From: an uncultured Gammaproteobacteria bacterium
GTDB taxonomy: Bacteria; Patescibacteriota; Patescibacteriia; UBA1558; GWA2-36-10
Reading direction: 5' to 3'
Assembly (NCBI GenBank): GCA_964633905.1
Contig: CAZWIT010000003.1
Coordinates: 3,193 to 67,192 of the forward strand
DNA length: 64,000 bases
Part shown: in pieces, positions 1 through 9,644 of the stretch
How positions within the stretch are numbered: the first letter of the stretch is position 1
Layout: each line of letters opens with the position of its first letter
The notes under the pieces: generated by a model
The model's input: only the letters and a program-made list of their open reading frames with translations
What the model was told of the DNA's origin: nothing
Database searches by the model: none
Made by a program: the position numbers and the translations under genes

Positions 1-1902
1 AATGAAAATGAAACAAGCACTCTTAAGGTAAAAATAGAAAAAATAAGTAGCTACCGCTCTTGGCGAAAAAAGATATTAATTACAGAAGCTAAAATCAGCG
101 ATGAAACAGGAACAGCCCAGGTTCTTTGGTTTAACCAAAAATTTATTAGCCAAATATTAAAAGTTGGTGACGAAATATTTTTAAGTGGCAACTTTACTTT
201 AAATAAAAAGACTTGGACTAGTTTAAGTCCTACTTATGAAAAAATAAAAGAACACACTATCCACACTGCTCGCCTAGTCCCTTTATACCACTTAAGTGGA
301 AAAATAAGCCAAAAACAAATTCGGTTTTTAATAGACAGAGCCCTAAAAATCAGTAGCTCAATTGACGATCCTTTGCCCGTTGATATTTTAAATAAAGAAA
401 AATATCCTTGGTTATTTACAGCTTTACAAGAAATACACTTCCCTACTGCTAGTGAAAAATTAGACCAAGCTGTGGCTCGTTTAAAATTTCAAGAGCTATT
501 TTACCTACAATGCAAATATCAATTAGCAAAACTTGATTATCAAAACAAGACTAGCCAAAAAGTACTCATTCCTGCCAAAATCTTAAACGAACAAATAAAA
601 GAATTACCATTTAAATTAACAGTTGACCAAAAAACTGCTCTTGATGATATTTTGACTGACTTGAATAAAACTAAAGCTATGAATCGTCTTTTGGAGGGCG
701 ACGTTGGCTCTGGTAAAACAATTGTTGCAATTCTGGCAGCTCTGGCAGTTATTACTAGCGGACAGCAAGTAGCTTTTATGGCCCCGACTGAAATTTTGGC
801 TTACCAGCACTTTATTAATTGCAAAAAAATATTAGGTAAAAAATACCTAGATCAAATTGCCCTATTAACTAATAATTATAATCAAGTAGCTGATAATAAT
901 ATTCTAAAAACTGAATTGACTAAACAAATTAATAAAAATAAAATAAAACTAGTAATTGGCACTCATGCCTTGATACAAGATAAAATAAATTTTGCTAATT
1001 TAAATTTAGTAATAATCGATGAACAACATCGTTTTGGAGTAAGGCAACGCCAAACTTTAAAAGAAAAAAATCCAAATAAACCACCGCACTTACTATCAAT
1101 GACCGCTACGCCTATCCCTAGAACCCTCTCTTTGACTCTTTATGGCGATTTGGATATTTCTTTAATAAAAACAAAGCCCGCTGGTAGGCAAGAAATAAAA
1201 ACCTTTATTATTCCGGAAAGCAAAAGAGCCGACGCTTATAAATTTATTAGGGAAAAAGTTGCCTTAAAACAACAAGTATTTTTTATTTGCCCCTTAATTG
1301 ACGAAAGTGATATTCTAGCCGTAAAATCGGTCAGCCAAGAATACCAAAAATTAAACGAAGAAATATTTCCAGAATTAGAAATCCGATATCTGCATGGCAA
1401 AATGAAAAATAGCGAAAAAGAAAAAATCATGAATGATTTTAAGACTAACAAATTTCCTATCCTAGTTGCTACTTCGGTAATTGAGGTTGGCGTTGATATT
1501 CCTCAAGCCACTGTTATGGTTATTGAAAGCGCTGAAAGATTTGGTCTTTCCCAACTACACCAATTTAGGGGCCGAATTGGTCGTAATGCTTTAGAGAGTT
1601 TTTGTTTATTATTTACTACTGACAAAACCCATGACAATATTAAACGCCTTAAAGCCTTAACTAAAACTAACGACGGCTTCAAATTAGCAGAACTTGATCT
1701 AGAATTAAGAGGAGCTGGCGAAATGTTTGGCACTCGCCAAACTGGCTTAATGGAGTTAAAAATAGCTAAATTATCTGATGTCGAACTAATCAAAAAAGCC
1801 CATACTTGGGCTAAAGAAATTATCAACAATAAAAAATATTTATCTAATATTGAGCTGCAAGCCTTATTAAAAAAACTAAAAACTGAAATGCATTTAGAAT
1901 AA
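1..1902 (+). CDS. recG: ATP-dependent DNA helicase RecG (5'-truncated by window edge)
   Basis: Frame is open from base 1 (wedge-domain text ISDETGTAQVLWFNQK). Motifs GDVGSGKT, DEQHRFG, MTATPIPRTL, QLHQFRGRIGR, DLELRGAGE. Confidence 0.97.
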   Translation, partial: NENETSTLKVKIEKISSYRSWRKKILITEAKISDETGTAQVLWFNQKFISQILKVGDEIFLSGNFTLNKKTWTSLSPTYEKIKEHTIHTARLVPLYHLSGKISQKQIRFLIDRALKISSSIDDPLPVDILNKEKYPWLFTALQEIHFPTASEKLDQAVARLKFQELFYLQCKYQLAKLDYQNKTSQKVLIPAKILNEQIKELPFKLTVDQKTALDDILTDLNKTKAMNRLLEGDVGSGKTIVAILAALAVITSGQQVAFMAPTEILAYQHFINCKKILGKKYLDQIALLTNNYNQVADNNILKTELTKQINKNKIKLVIGTHALIQDKINFANLNLVIIDEQHRFGVRQRQTLKEKNPNKPPHLLSMTATPIPRTLSLTLYGDLDISLIKTKPAGRQEIKTFIIPESKRADAYKFIREKVALKQQVFFICPLIDESDILAVKSVSQEYQKLNEEIFPELEIRYLHGKMKNSEKEKIMNDFKTNKFPILVATSVIEVGVDIPQATVMVIESAERFGLSQLHQFRGRIGRNALESFCLLFTTDKTHDNIKRLKALTKTNDGFKLAELDLELRGAGEMFGTRQTGLMELKIAKLSDVELIKKAHTWAKEIINNKKYLSNIELQALLKKLKTEMHLE

Positions 1903-1904
1903 GT

Positions 1905-2942
1905 TTAGTTTGGTTTGCAAACAACACCTTCTTCATTACGAGGACGGCAATAATCATAACGACCATCTCTAATTGAGCAACAATAGAAATCTCCAATTGC
2001 ATTACCGGCTGCACAGTCTAAATTAGTAACACAAGGAACATCAGTTATTTTTTTACAATCTTTAGATTCATAAGGATTATTGATTTCTATTGATTTTAAA
2101 CTAATGCCACAAATAGCACTAAAAGTTTGTCCGCTTAAAGTTTGCCTACCATAACAAATATTAGAGCGACAAGAATCGGCCGTTGCATAAGAGGCACAAC
2201 CATCATTATCATGATTCATACTAACATAAACTGATTTACAATAATCTTCAAGATTTTGCAAAAACAAAGGTCGACATTGGGTATCTTGTCCTAATACCCT
2301 AGTTTCTCGGCAGCTACAACTAGGCTCGATCGAAGAAACACCGTCATAACTACTACCATTGTCAGAACAAGCTGCTACTAAATATTCAACCTGATTAGCT
2401 GGACAACGCTCATAACCTTCGCTAGTAAAATAAATTTCATGAGCACAACCATAACCACTACTACAATCGCTATCTACTCTGCAAACATTTAAATCTTTGA
2501 CATCTATTTTGTCCATAATTTCAGTCAATGGCTTGAAGGTTACTAAATTTACGGAAATTTGAGCTAAAAGTAAATAACCACCAAATAAAAAAGCTAAACC
2601 AATCAAGGTGGTACTAACCGTTTCTTTGGCCATAGCGATCTTTGAAGCATTACCAGCTGCCATCAACCATTGCCAAGCGCCATAAACCAACATAAACATT
2701 GCAAAAGCGCCGGCAATGACACCAGCATAACGATAAATAGCCTTAATATACAAAGCCAAAGAATCCGGCCTAATTTCTATGACCCCATTTTTCACAAACT
2801 GACTGCCAGGTATACTAATATTTGGTCTATACTTGATATAATCTATAGCTAAAGCCGAGCTAGCACTGAGCGTAAAAATACCTAAACATAATAAAAATAA
2901 GATTAGATATTTTTTAGATTTTAAAATATTTTTTATTTTCAT
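1905..2942 (-). CDS. VirB2/TrbC-like pilin with Cys-rich C-terminal domain
   Basis: Signal-peptide-like N-terminus, two-helix pilin core (MLVYGAWQWLMAAGNASKIAMAKETVSTTLIGL), then many Cys. Start moved to ATG 2942 to avoid overlap with the upstream gene. Confidence 0.75.
   Translation of the reverse strand: MKIKNILKSKKYLILFLLCLGIFTLSASSALAIDYIKYRPNISIPGSQFVKNGVIEIRPDSLALYIKAIYRYAGVIAGAFAMFMLVYGAWQWLMAAGNASKIAMAKETVSTTLIGLAFLFGGYLLLAQISVNLVTFKPLTEIMDKIDVKDLNVCRVDSDCSSGYGCAHEIYFTSEGYERCPANQVEYLVAACSDNGSSYDGVSSIEPSCSCRETRVLGQDTQCRPLFLQNLEDYCKSVYVSMNHDNDGCASYATADSCRSNICYGRQTLSGQTFSAICGISLKSIEINNPYESKDCKKITDVPCVTNLDCAAGNAIGDFYCCSIRDGRYDYCRPRNEEGVVCKPN
2581..2729. repeat. 149-bp exact direct repeat, copy 1 (pilin core)
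   Basis: Base-for-base identical to 3699-3847 (offset 1118). Confidence 0.95.
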
Positions 2943-2950
2943 AAAATTGA

Positions 2951-4171
2951 TTATGGGCCAGTATAGTAAAAATGCCACCATTCAGAGGGAATGGTGCCGC
3001 CAAAACCAGTATCAGCCATTTTTTGACGTAAAAGTTTTTCGCCTCTGATCAATTTAGCAGTACAAGGGGCAACGGGGCGGTTGACATCCTGATTAAGGCA
3101 ATTGTAAGACTTATCTAAACAAGATCCGCCGTTACAACTGCAAGTATCAATGCCCTCAACAGTATTAATATAACATACATCTACCGCCTTACCATCCATA
3201 TGCTTTGGAATAGGTGGCTCACAGCTAGGAGCAGCTGCTTCATTACATTCTCCATTACAACTAGCTGTACAATTCTTATAGCAATTGTATAACTGTTCTT
3301 GTTTGGCATAGCTACGAAAAGCGCTTTTGATAATTATACTTTCTCCTTGTCCTAATTGTATTCCCTGTAGAGCCTGCCAAGCTTTAGGCACTAAACGTGC
3401 ATCCGAAGTGGAAACACGATCAATAATAATATTACCTCCAATTACTACCATATTTACTAAACCATTACCATCTTCTAGAGCACAACGTTTACTACTAGTA
3501 GCACTTGGTAAAGGCACGCAAGAACCACTAGCTGGTTGGTCAGCACTTTCAGCAATTGCTAACCAAGTGCAATAATTGTCTTCACAAATTTCTTTACTAG
3601 TAAAAGCACTACAATCTTCAGCAATAGAAACATCTTTGACTTGCAAAGCCTTAAAATTTACTAAATTAGAAGAAATTTGAGCTAAGAGCAAATAACTGCC
3701 AAATAAAAAAGCTAAACCAATCAAGGTGGTACTAACCGTTTCTTTGGCCATAGCGATCTTTGAAGCATTACCAGCTGCCATCAACCATTGCCAAGCGCCA
3801 TAAACCAACATAAACATTGCAAAAGCGCCGGCAATGACACCAGCATAGTTATAAATCGCTCTTATGTATTTAGCCAAAGACTCACCATTAATTCTATACT
3901 CAATATGTTTTTCGCCTGTTTTTTTATTTTCTACTTCTACTTTTTCAGTAAAAATTTTATCCATGCCTGGGATAAAAATATTTGGCCAAAAATATAAAGA
4001 ATCTTTTTGCTTGGCCTGCAGTTCTTCGGCTGTCGGCGTGTCTACTAGCGTACTGCCAGGCTCAGCTGGAACAAATCCTTGCGCTAAAACTTTTGGTAAA
4101 GCAAAAATAAAATTAATACCTAATATTATTAGCACTAAAAAACTAAGTATTATTTTTTTAATAAAAAACAT
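2951..4171 (-). CDS. VirB2/TrbC-like pilin fused to M15-family (VanY-like) zinc peptidase
   Basis: Same pilin core as the adjacent gene. C-terminal SAFRSYAKQEQLY, HMDGKAVD (HxxxxxxD) and EWWH (ExxH) motifs. Confidence 0.82.
   Translation of the reverse strand: MFFIKKIILSFLVLIILGINFIFALPKVLAQGFVPAEPGSTLVDTPTAEELQAKQKDSLYFWPNIFIPGMDKIFTEKVEVENKKTGEKHIEYRINGESLAKYIRAIYNYAGVIAGAFAMFMLVYGAWQWLMAAGNASKIAMAKETVSTTLIGLAFLFGSYLLLAQISSNLVNFKALQVKDVSIAEDCSAFTSKEICEDNYCTWLAIAESADQPASGSCVPLPSATSSKRCALEDGNGLVNMVVIGGNIIIDRVSTSDARLVPKAWQALQGIQLGQGESIIIKSAFRSYAKQEQLYNCYKNCTASCNGECNEAAAPSCEPPIPKHMDGKAVDVCYINTVEGIDTCSCNGGSCLDKSYNCLNQDVNRPVAPCTAKLIRGEKLLRQKMADTGFGGTIPSEWWHFYYTGP
3699..3847. repeat. 149-bp exact direct repeat, copy 2 (pilin core)
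   Basis: Identical to 2581-2729. Confidence 0.95.
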
Positions 4172-4182
4172 TTATAAATATT

Positions 4183-5403
4183 TTATTTTAAACGGATGGT
4201 TTGTAAACGCCCCGTATTATTATCCACGAAATATAATAAAGAACCGTCTGTCGAAGTAAATAAATTACTAGCCGAATAGCTACCATCTGCTCCCACTGGG
4301 CTTGCTAACAATGTTTTGACACCGCTATTTAGATCTACCCGATAAAAATTATCTGGATATTGATAAGCAATTTCTGGATAAATTCCCGCTCCTCTTGGCA
4401 AGCCTTGCGGCACAGCACAATACAAAGTGCTCTCGTCTGCAAAAGTACATTTATCTGGCCAAGTAGGCACATTTAAAGAAACCTTAAGATCTCCCAATTC
4501 ACTAGTACGGCCCTTGGTAATCCATAAATTAGGATTATAATTAGTATTTTCACTATAAACACTATAAAGCAAACTATTGCCTTGAGGCGACCACTGGGCT
4601 GTGAAACCGCCACCAGCTACTTCAAATGATTTTAGATTTTCTCCTTTAAATCCAATCGGAAAAACCTCCTGCCTTTGAGCATCTACATATTTAGTATGTA
4701 GAGCTGCCACTTGATTATCTGGAGAAAAAACCATTTGGGTACTATATGACTTATCCCCCAATGGTTCAAGTAAAGATAATTGTGAGCCGTCATCGTTGGC
4801 TGCTACTAACCAATTATTATCCTCTGTATCACCCATCCATTTAGCAACGATTTGCGACCCTTGATTATTTAAAGAAAAATCTTCTAATTCAATAGGCAAG
4901 GTTACTTGCTCGTTAGTACGAAAATTATACAAAATATTATTGCCGTCTGGATATTCAATAATAGCTTTTTCACCGCTATTATTCCAATTTACATTTTCTA
5001 CTCCATAAAATTTCTTATCACTCAAAGCCACAATCTGACCTTGATCATTAATTCTAAAAAACTGCTGCTTCTCAGCATCATAAAATTGTACACCTTGATT
5101 ACCTTTGGTAGTGCCTTCTACTTTACCATCAATAACTTTAGTAACTTCTGTTAAGCCACCATTAGCTACTGGTGATATTTTACCGCCAACATACTGTTGC
5201 CAAGGCAAACTAGTATTAGTGTTGGCATTAGCATTAATAACTGTAACGTTGCTATTTGGTATGTTGGGAATATTACCAGGCGTAAAATTATCATTAGTAG
5301 TTGTAATAGGACTTGTTCTAAAAAATACCCAATACAAAGCAAAACCTAAAAATAAAATTGCTAGAAAAAATAAAATTACTACTAATATTTTTTTGATGTT
5401 CAT
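4183..5403 (-). CDS. Membrane-anchored beta-propeller (TolB/PD40-like) protein
   Basis: N-terminal TM helix, Asn/Pro/Thr linker, repeated WSPxG/FSPD-type motifs. Confidence 0.6.
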   Translation of the reverse strand: MNIKKILVVILFFLAILFLGFALYWVFFRTSPITTTNDNFTPGNIPNIPNSNVTVINANANTNTSLPWQQYVGGKISPVANGGLTEVTKVIDGKVEGTTKGNQGVQFYDAEKQQFFRINDQGQIVALSDKKFYGVENVNWNNSGEKAIIEYPDGNNILYNFRTNEQVTLPIELEDFSLNNQGSQIVAKWMGDTEDNNWLVAANDDGSQLSLLEPLGDKSYSTQMVFSPDNQVAALHTKYVDAQRQEVFPIGFKGENLKSFEVAGGGFTAQWSPQGNSLLYSVYSENTNYNPNLWITKGRTSELGDLKVSLNVPTWPDKCTFADESTLYCAVPQGLPRGAGIYPEIAYQYPDNFYRVDLNSGVKTLLASPVGADGSYSASNLFTSTDGSLLYFVDNNTGRLQTIRLK

Positions 5404-5450
5404 AAACCCATATTACTTAAAATTTGATAATAAATTCTGAAATCAATTTG

Positions 5451-5996
5451 TTAATCTGGCAATAAATTCTTAAACCAATTTGTGAAAGTATCCCATATCT
5501 CCTGAACCAGAAATGAAGGGTCGGTTAACATTCTTATGCCCAATCCTAAAATAGCAATAATGATAATAATCAAAGCAAAAAGTAGAAGACTAACAATAGC
5601 CCAAAGTCCCATTTCTAAACCACTCAATTTTGGTATCAAAGGATTGCCTAATAAATTACCAACTATTATTTGAATAGTCCAAGTAATATAAGTAACTATT
5701 AATAATACCAAAGTGGCACTACAAGCTATATTAAAAATACGCAAAGAGCTTTTAGCAGCAAACTCCCTAACCCTTTTCTCCACCTCCTCTTTTACTTGCT
5801 TCTTCATCTTTTCCTGCAACATATCTGAACTATCACTTTGACGGAAGCGATCTAACAAACGCTTGCGATACTGTTCGTTCTGATTTTGCTTATCTAACTC
5901 AACTGGATCAAAAGATTCTGCTGGCGCTTGATAATTAGCCCCTGTTCTATCAGCAAATAACTCTCTACGATATTGATTTGGTAAGGTTTGTGCCAT
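5451..5996 (-). CDS. Hypothetical membrane protein (2 TM helices) in T4SS-like operon
   Basis: Charged N-terminus, two hydrophobic segments, tightly packed in the operon. Confidence 0.65.
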   Translation of the reverse strand: MAQTLPNQYRRELFADRTGANYQAPAESFDPVELDKQNQNEQYRKRLLDRFRQSDSSDMLQEKMKKQVKEEVEKRVREFAAKSSLRIFNIACSATLVLLIVTYITWTIQIIVGNLLGNPLIPKLSGLEMGLWAIVSLLLFALIIIIIAILGLGIRMLTDPSFLVQEIWDTFTNWFKNLLPD

Positions 5997-5998
5997 GT

Positions 5999-6559
5999 TT
6001 ATTTTTTATCCTGCCACCAAGCAGCATCAACTAGCCACTTGCCATTTGACTTTATTAAATCAAACTTAATATCTTGATAATATACTACTTGGGATAAATC
6101 AGTTTTAGTTTCAATTCTCTGAGTTTTGACAGTAATCACAGCACTATCTTCTGACCACTCATCAATAACACTAGAAATACTTTTCGTGCTAATACCATTA
6201 TAATTAGGCTGTTTTTCTCCTAGCTCAATACTACTCAAATATTTATTCATACTTTTAGTGCCCAAAGGAGCTAGTTCCTTCAAATTAACGCCTAGCTGAT
6301 CAGTGGACCAACTGCCAAATCTTTCTGCATAATTTTTGGCTAAATTAACGGCTGATAATTCATCGCTATTTAGAGCAGCCGGTAAATTTGGATCAAAATC
6401 AGCGTTGGCGCTAGGCGGAATAAATTTTGGCACTTCATTAGTATTGGTATTATTGATAGGTCTAAAAACATCCATTGAACGCCAAGCCCAAAATAGAAGT
6501 GCTAAAACCACTATAATGATAACTGCGATAATAATTTTCTTTCTTTTTTGTTGATCCAT
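5999..6559 (-). CDS. Single-TM protein with probable NTF2-like domain (VirB8/TcpC-like)
   Basis: TM anchor, helix AKNYAERFGSWS, beta strands ending LIKSNGKWLVD. Directly downstream of the VirB4-like gene. Confidence 0.5.
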   Translation of the reverse strand: MDQQKRKKIIIAVIIIVVLALLFWAWRSMDVFRPINNTNTNEVPKFIPPSANADFDPNLPAALNSDELSAVNLAKNYAERFGSWSTDQLGVNLKELAPLGTKSMNKYLSSIELGEKQPNYNGISTKSISSVIDEWSEDSAVITVKTQRIETKTDLSQVVYYQDIKFDLIKSNGKWLVDAAWWQDKK

Positions 6560-6581
6560 ATATTTTTATTATTTCCTTATT

Positions 6582-8501
6582 TTAAGCATGTTCGGCTTCA
6601 GCCATCATAGTTTCTTCAAATTCTTTTTTAGCCTCTTCAATCTCAAGCAACTGTCTCGGATCAGAAGTAATTACCTGATGTTCTGTATAAGAAGCTTGAA
6701 TTTTTATAGCCGCATGTTTAGCCCCAGCAAAAAAGATACCCTCACCCACACCAGATTCTAACAATAAATATTTTTCACCTTCGGTTAACATGAAGGTTTT
6801 TTGAATCAAATTAATAGCTGCTGGCGACTGTTTGAGTAACAATTGCATTGAAGAATTGGTAACAATAGCATTACCAAAAGGCGAAGTTAAAAAGTCATTA
6901 ACATCCTGAGTAATAGTCGTTACTCCTAAATAATATTTACGGCAACGTTTAACTAGTGCAAACATGAATTTAGCACTATCTTCATGACGCATCATAATCC
7001 AAGCCTCATCTACTACCAACATTCTCTTCTTCATTTCGCTACGAATAATATTCCAGATATAATTCATAATGACATACATAGCAATTGGACGTAATTCATC
7101 TTCTAAATCGCGAATACAAAATACTATCAACTGATTATTAACCTTAACGTTGGTGGGACTGTTAAACAAACCTGAAAAAGTACCTTGCGTATATTTTTTA
7201 ATACGCAAAGCCATGTCCTCACCACCTTCCATACTAGATAATATTTCTTCTAAATCAGACATCAAGGGTGGCTGAATATTAGTCAAATCACTGGCTGGAG
7301 TAATATCTTTTTTAGCATAAGTTTCGAGTAGCGCTCGATCAAGCAATGAATCTTCAACATTAGTAATGTCTCCAATCATCAAACGAATCAAACCCTTTAA
7401 AGTAATCACGGCGCTACGCAAAATATCCTCTGCTTTTGTATCCCCTCCCACTCCCCTAGGCAAATCAAAAGGATTAAGTTTACTTTCCGAATTTAAAGAA
7501 ACATTAATATAAGCGCCATTTACTGCCTCTGACAAATGTTGATACTCATTTTCTGGGTCAACAATAATTACATCAGTACCCAACATCAGAGAGCGTAATA
7601 CTTCGAGTTTTATAGCATAACTTTTACCAGCGCCAGAAGTAGCAAATACTACCATATTGGCATTTTGCAAACTAAAACGATCAAACAAAATTAAACTATT
7701 ATTGTGGCGATTAATACCATACAAAATACCATCATCAGAAGTAAGTTCTGAAGATACAAAAGGAAAAGAAGAAGCAATCGGTGAGCTGTTCATGTTAGTG
7801 GTAATAGCCAGCTCATCATTACCTAATGGCAAAGTTGAATTAAAGCCTTGCTCCGACTGGAAAAAAGCTCTTCGTGTATAGATCAATTGTGTGCCTAAAA
7901 TATTTTCAATTCTATCAGATGCTAAGTCCAGCTCTTTTAAATCTTTGGCGTAAATAGAAACATACAAAGCAAATTGGAAAAATTTTTCCGTACCTTGACT
8001 CAAAGAGTCACGCAAAGCTTCAATATCCCTTAGGGCAGTTTCAGCAATTGGATCACGAGGAGCTCCTTTTTCATGATCAGCAATAATCTGAGCTTCCATG
8101 GTACCGACTTTATTACGCAACTGTTTTAAGACAATATTAATAGCTAAAGGATAAAAAAACATACTAATATCCAAAGTCAGACTCTCATTGATGATTGGAG
8201 CAAACCAGCCAATAGTAACATAACGTGGATAAGTCACCACAAAAATAGTACGAACATATAAATCGTTAAGTTGTAAACATTTACTTTCTACTTTAAAAGC
8301 AGCCGGAGCAATAATATCACGAACCGAAACTATGCCCTCTCGAAAAACTTTTTCAGCTTCCAATAATTCTTTTTCTTTTTCTAACTTTGCTTTTTGGTCT
8401 GGTTGACCCTTTAAAGCAGCCATCTGCTCTTCGACTTCAGCAGCTGATTTTTTTTCTAAGCTAGCCTGTTTTATTTTATTGGCTTCAAACATTGGTTTCA
8501 A
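6582..8501 (-). CDS. virB4: VirB4/TraC-like type IV secretion ATPase
   Basis: Walker A ATSGAGKS, IVDPENEY, Walker B VVDEAW, RCRKY, ITQDVNDF. Confidence 0.88.
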   Translation of the reverse strand: MKPMFEANKIKQASLEKKSAAEVEEQMAALKGQPDQKAKLEKEKELLEAEKVFREGIVSVRDIIAPAAFKVESKCLQLNDLYVRTIFVVTYPRYVTIGWFAPIINESLTLDISMFFYPLAINIVLKQLRNKVGTMEAQIIADHEKGAPRDPIAETALRDIEALRDSLSQGTEKFFQFALYVSIYAKDLKELDLASDRIENILGTQLIYTRRAFFQSEQGFNSTLPLGNDELAITTNMNSSPIASSFPFVSSELTSDDGILYGINRHNNSLILFDRFSLQNANMVVFATSGAGKSYAIKLEVLRSLMLGTDVIIVDPENEYQHLSEAVNGAYINVSLNSESKLNPFDLPRGVGGDTKAEDILRSAVITLKGLIRLMIGDITNVEDSLLDRALLETYAKKDITPASDLTNIQPPLMSDLEEILSSMEGGEDMALRIKKYTQGTFSGLFNSPTNVKVNNQLIVFCIRDLEDELRPIAMYVIMNYIWNIIRSEMKKRMLVVDEAWIMMRHEDSAKFMFALVKRCRKYYLGVTTITQDVNDFLTSPFGNAIVTNSSMQLLLKQSPAAINLIQKTFMLTEGEKYLLLESGVGEGIFFAGAKHAAIKIQASYTEHQVITSDPRQLLEIEEAKKEFEETMMAEAEHA

Positions 8502-9171
8502 CGTTTAGTTTATTTATGTCCTCTAGCGGTTGTTTTTGAAACATACTAGGATTATAACTATTGTAATATAATTCGATTAGAGCTTGCGTATTCAAACGTT
8601 GGCTTCTTAAGCCCATTGAACTTAAGCCTGATTCAATAAAATCACAACGTTTATTCAACTGGGAGTTAAATTCTTCAAAACGTTTGCGGCTTAAACGCAC
8701 TACTTTAGCTGTAGAAAAAACAGCCCCAAAACGACTAGAAAATTTGCGGCCCTTATCAGCTATCGGGCTATAAGGAATAATAATATAAAACTTTTTACTC
8801 ATAATTTTTTCTAGAGTCAAAAGTTCTTCCACAAATTGCCTATAATCTGCCGTTTGCATGCGCAGCAACTCATTGGTTTGTTCTTTTTCCATCTTTCTGA
8901 GACGTTGAAAATAATCATCAATATTAAGAGGCCTAGACTGAATCATAATTTGCAAAGGATAGTCCAAGGTGTTTAAAAAACCTACATAACTACTAATGAT
9001 AGCCGCTTGTTCGTCTTCAGCTTTTAAATCAAAATTGATCGAAGAAACAAGTAGCACACCTCTGACTGAGCCATCATTTAAAACAACCATATCCTCTCTT
9101 ATTTCTGCGATATCCAAAAATCTCTGAGTAGAGGTATTGGGACGATTACCGGCTAATTTTTTATTACGCAT
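8485..9171 (-). CDS. TraC/VirB4-N-terminal-like accessory protein
   Basis: STQRFLDIAEIREDMVVL...SSINFDLKAEDEQ pattern. Overlaps the virB4 start, implying coupling. Confidence 0.6.
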   Translation of the reverse strand: MRNKKLAGNRPNTSTQRFLDIAEIREDMVVLNDGSVRGVLLVSSINFDLKAEDEQAAIISSYVGFLNTLDYPLQIMIQSRPLNIDDYFQRLRKMEKEQTNELLRMQTADYRQFVEELLTLEKIMSKKFYIIIPYSPIADKGRKFSSRFGAVFSTAKVVRLSRKRFEEFNSQLNKRCDFIESGLSSMGLRSQRLNTQALIELYYNSYNPSMFQKQPLEDINKLNVETNV

Positions 9172-9173
9172 AT

Positions 9174-9641
9174 TTATTTTTTATTTATTGCAGAATTATT
9201 AATAATGTTGGCATCCATTTCACCCTTATAAACACCGCCGGTATCAATAATCAAAGACAACTCTGATAATTTTTTATTAGGCAATAAGCTTTTGTTTATA
9301 ATAGGCGCCTCCGCTACCACGCCTTCGCCTTTAATTTTAAATTCTTCTACTTTGATATATTCTTTACGCCAAATACGAATTTTAGGGCGCTTAATCGTTT
9401 GAATGACATTTAATAAAAATAAATGAAAATTCACTCCATTTATTTTCACAAAAGCAAAAACCACTACGAATAAAACAATTAAGCCTGTTTGCGTCAAAAA
9501 TAAAGCAAAATCAGAAAGCTTGTAACTTAGAGCAATGAGCAAACCACCTGATAAAACAATAATAAACTGTCGGACAGTAATTGGCCCCCAGATTTTATCT
9601 TCAGCATCAATAAATTGTGGTACGATAAATCTATTCTGCAT
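9174..9641 (-). CDS. PrgI-family (VirB3-like) membrane protein
   Basis: FIVPQFIDAEDKIWGPITVRQF N-terminus plus two TM helices, upstream of the VirB4 pair. Confidence 0.82.
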   Translation of the reverse strand: MQNRFIVPQFIDAEDKIWGPITVRQFIIVLSGGLLIALSYKLSDFALFLTQTGLIVLFVVVFAFVKINGVNFHLFLLNVIQTIKRPKIRIWRKEYIKVEEFKIKGEGVVAEAPIINKSLLPNKKLSELSLIIDTGGVYKGEMDANIINNSAINKK

Positions 9642-9644
9642 TTT

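Noticed and set aside
373-1902. ORF-track start of recG at 373
   Set aside because: The frame is open from base 1 and encodes RecG wedge-domain sequence; the true start lies upstream of the window.
2581-3847. 149-bp repeat as a DGR template/variable repeat pair
   Set aside because: The copies are identical with no adenine-specific mismatches, both are coding, and no reverse transcriptase is in the window.
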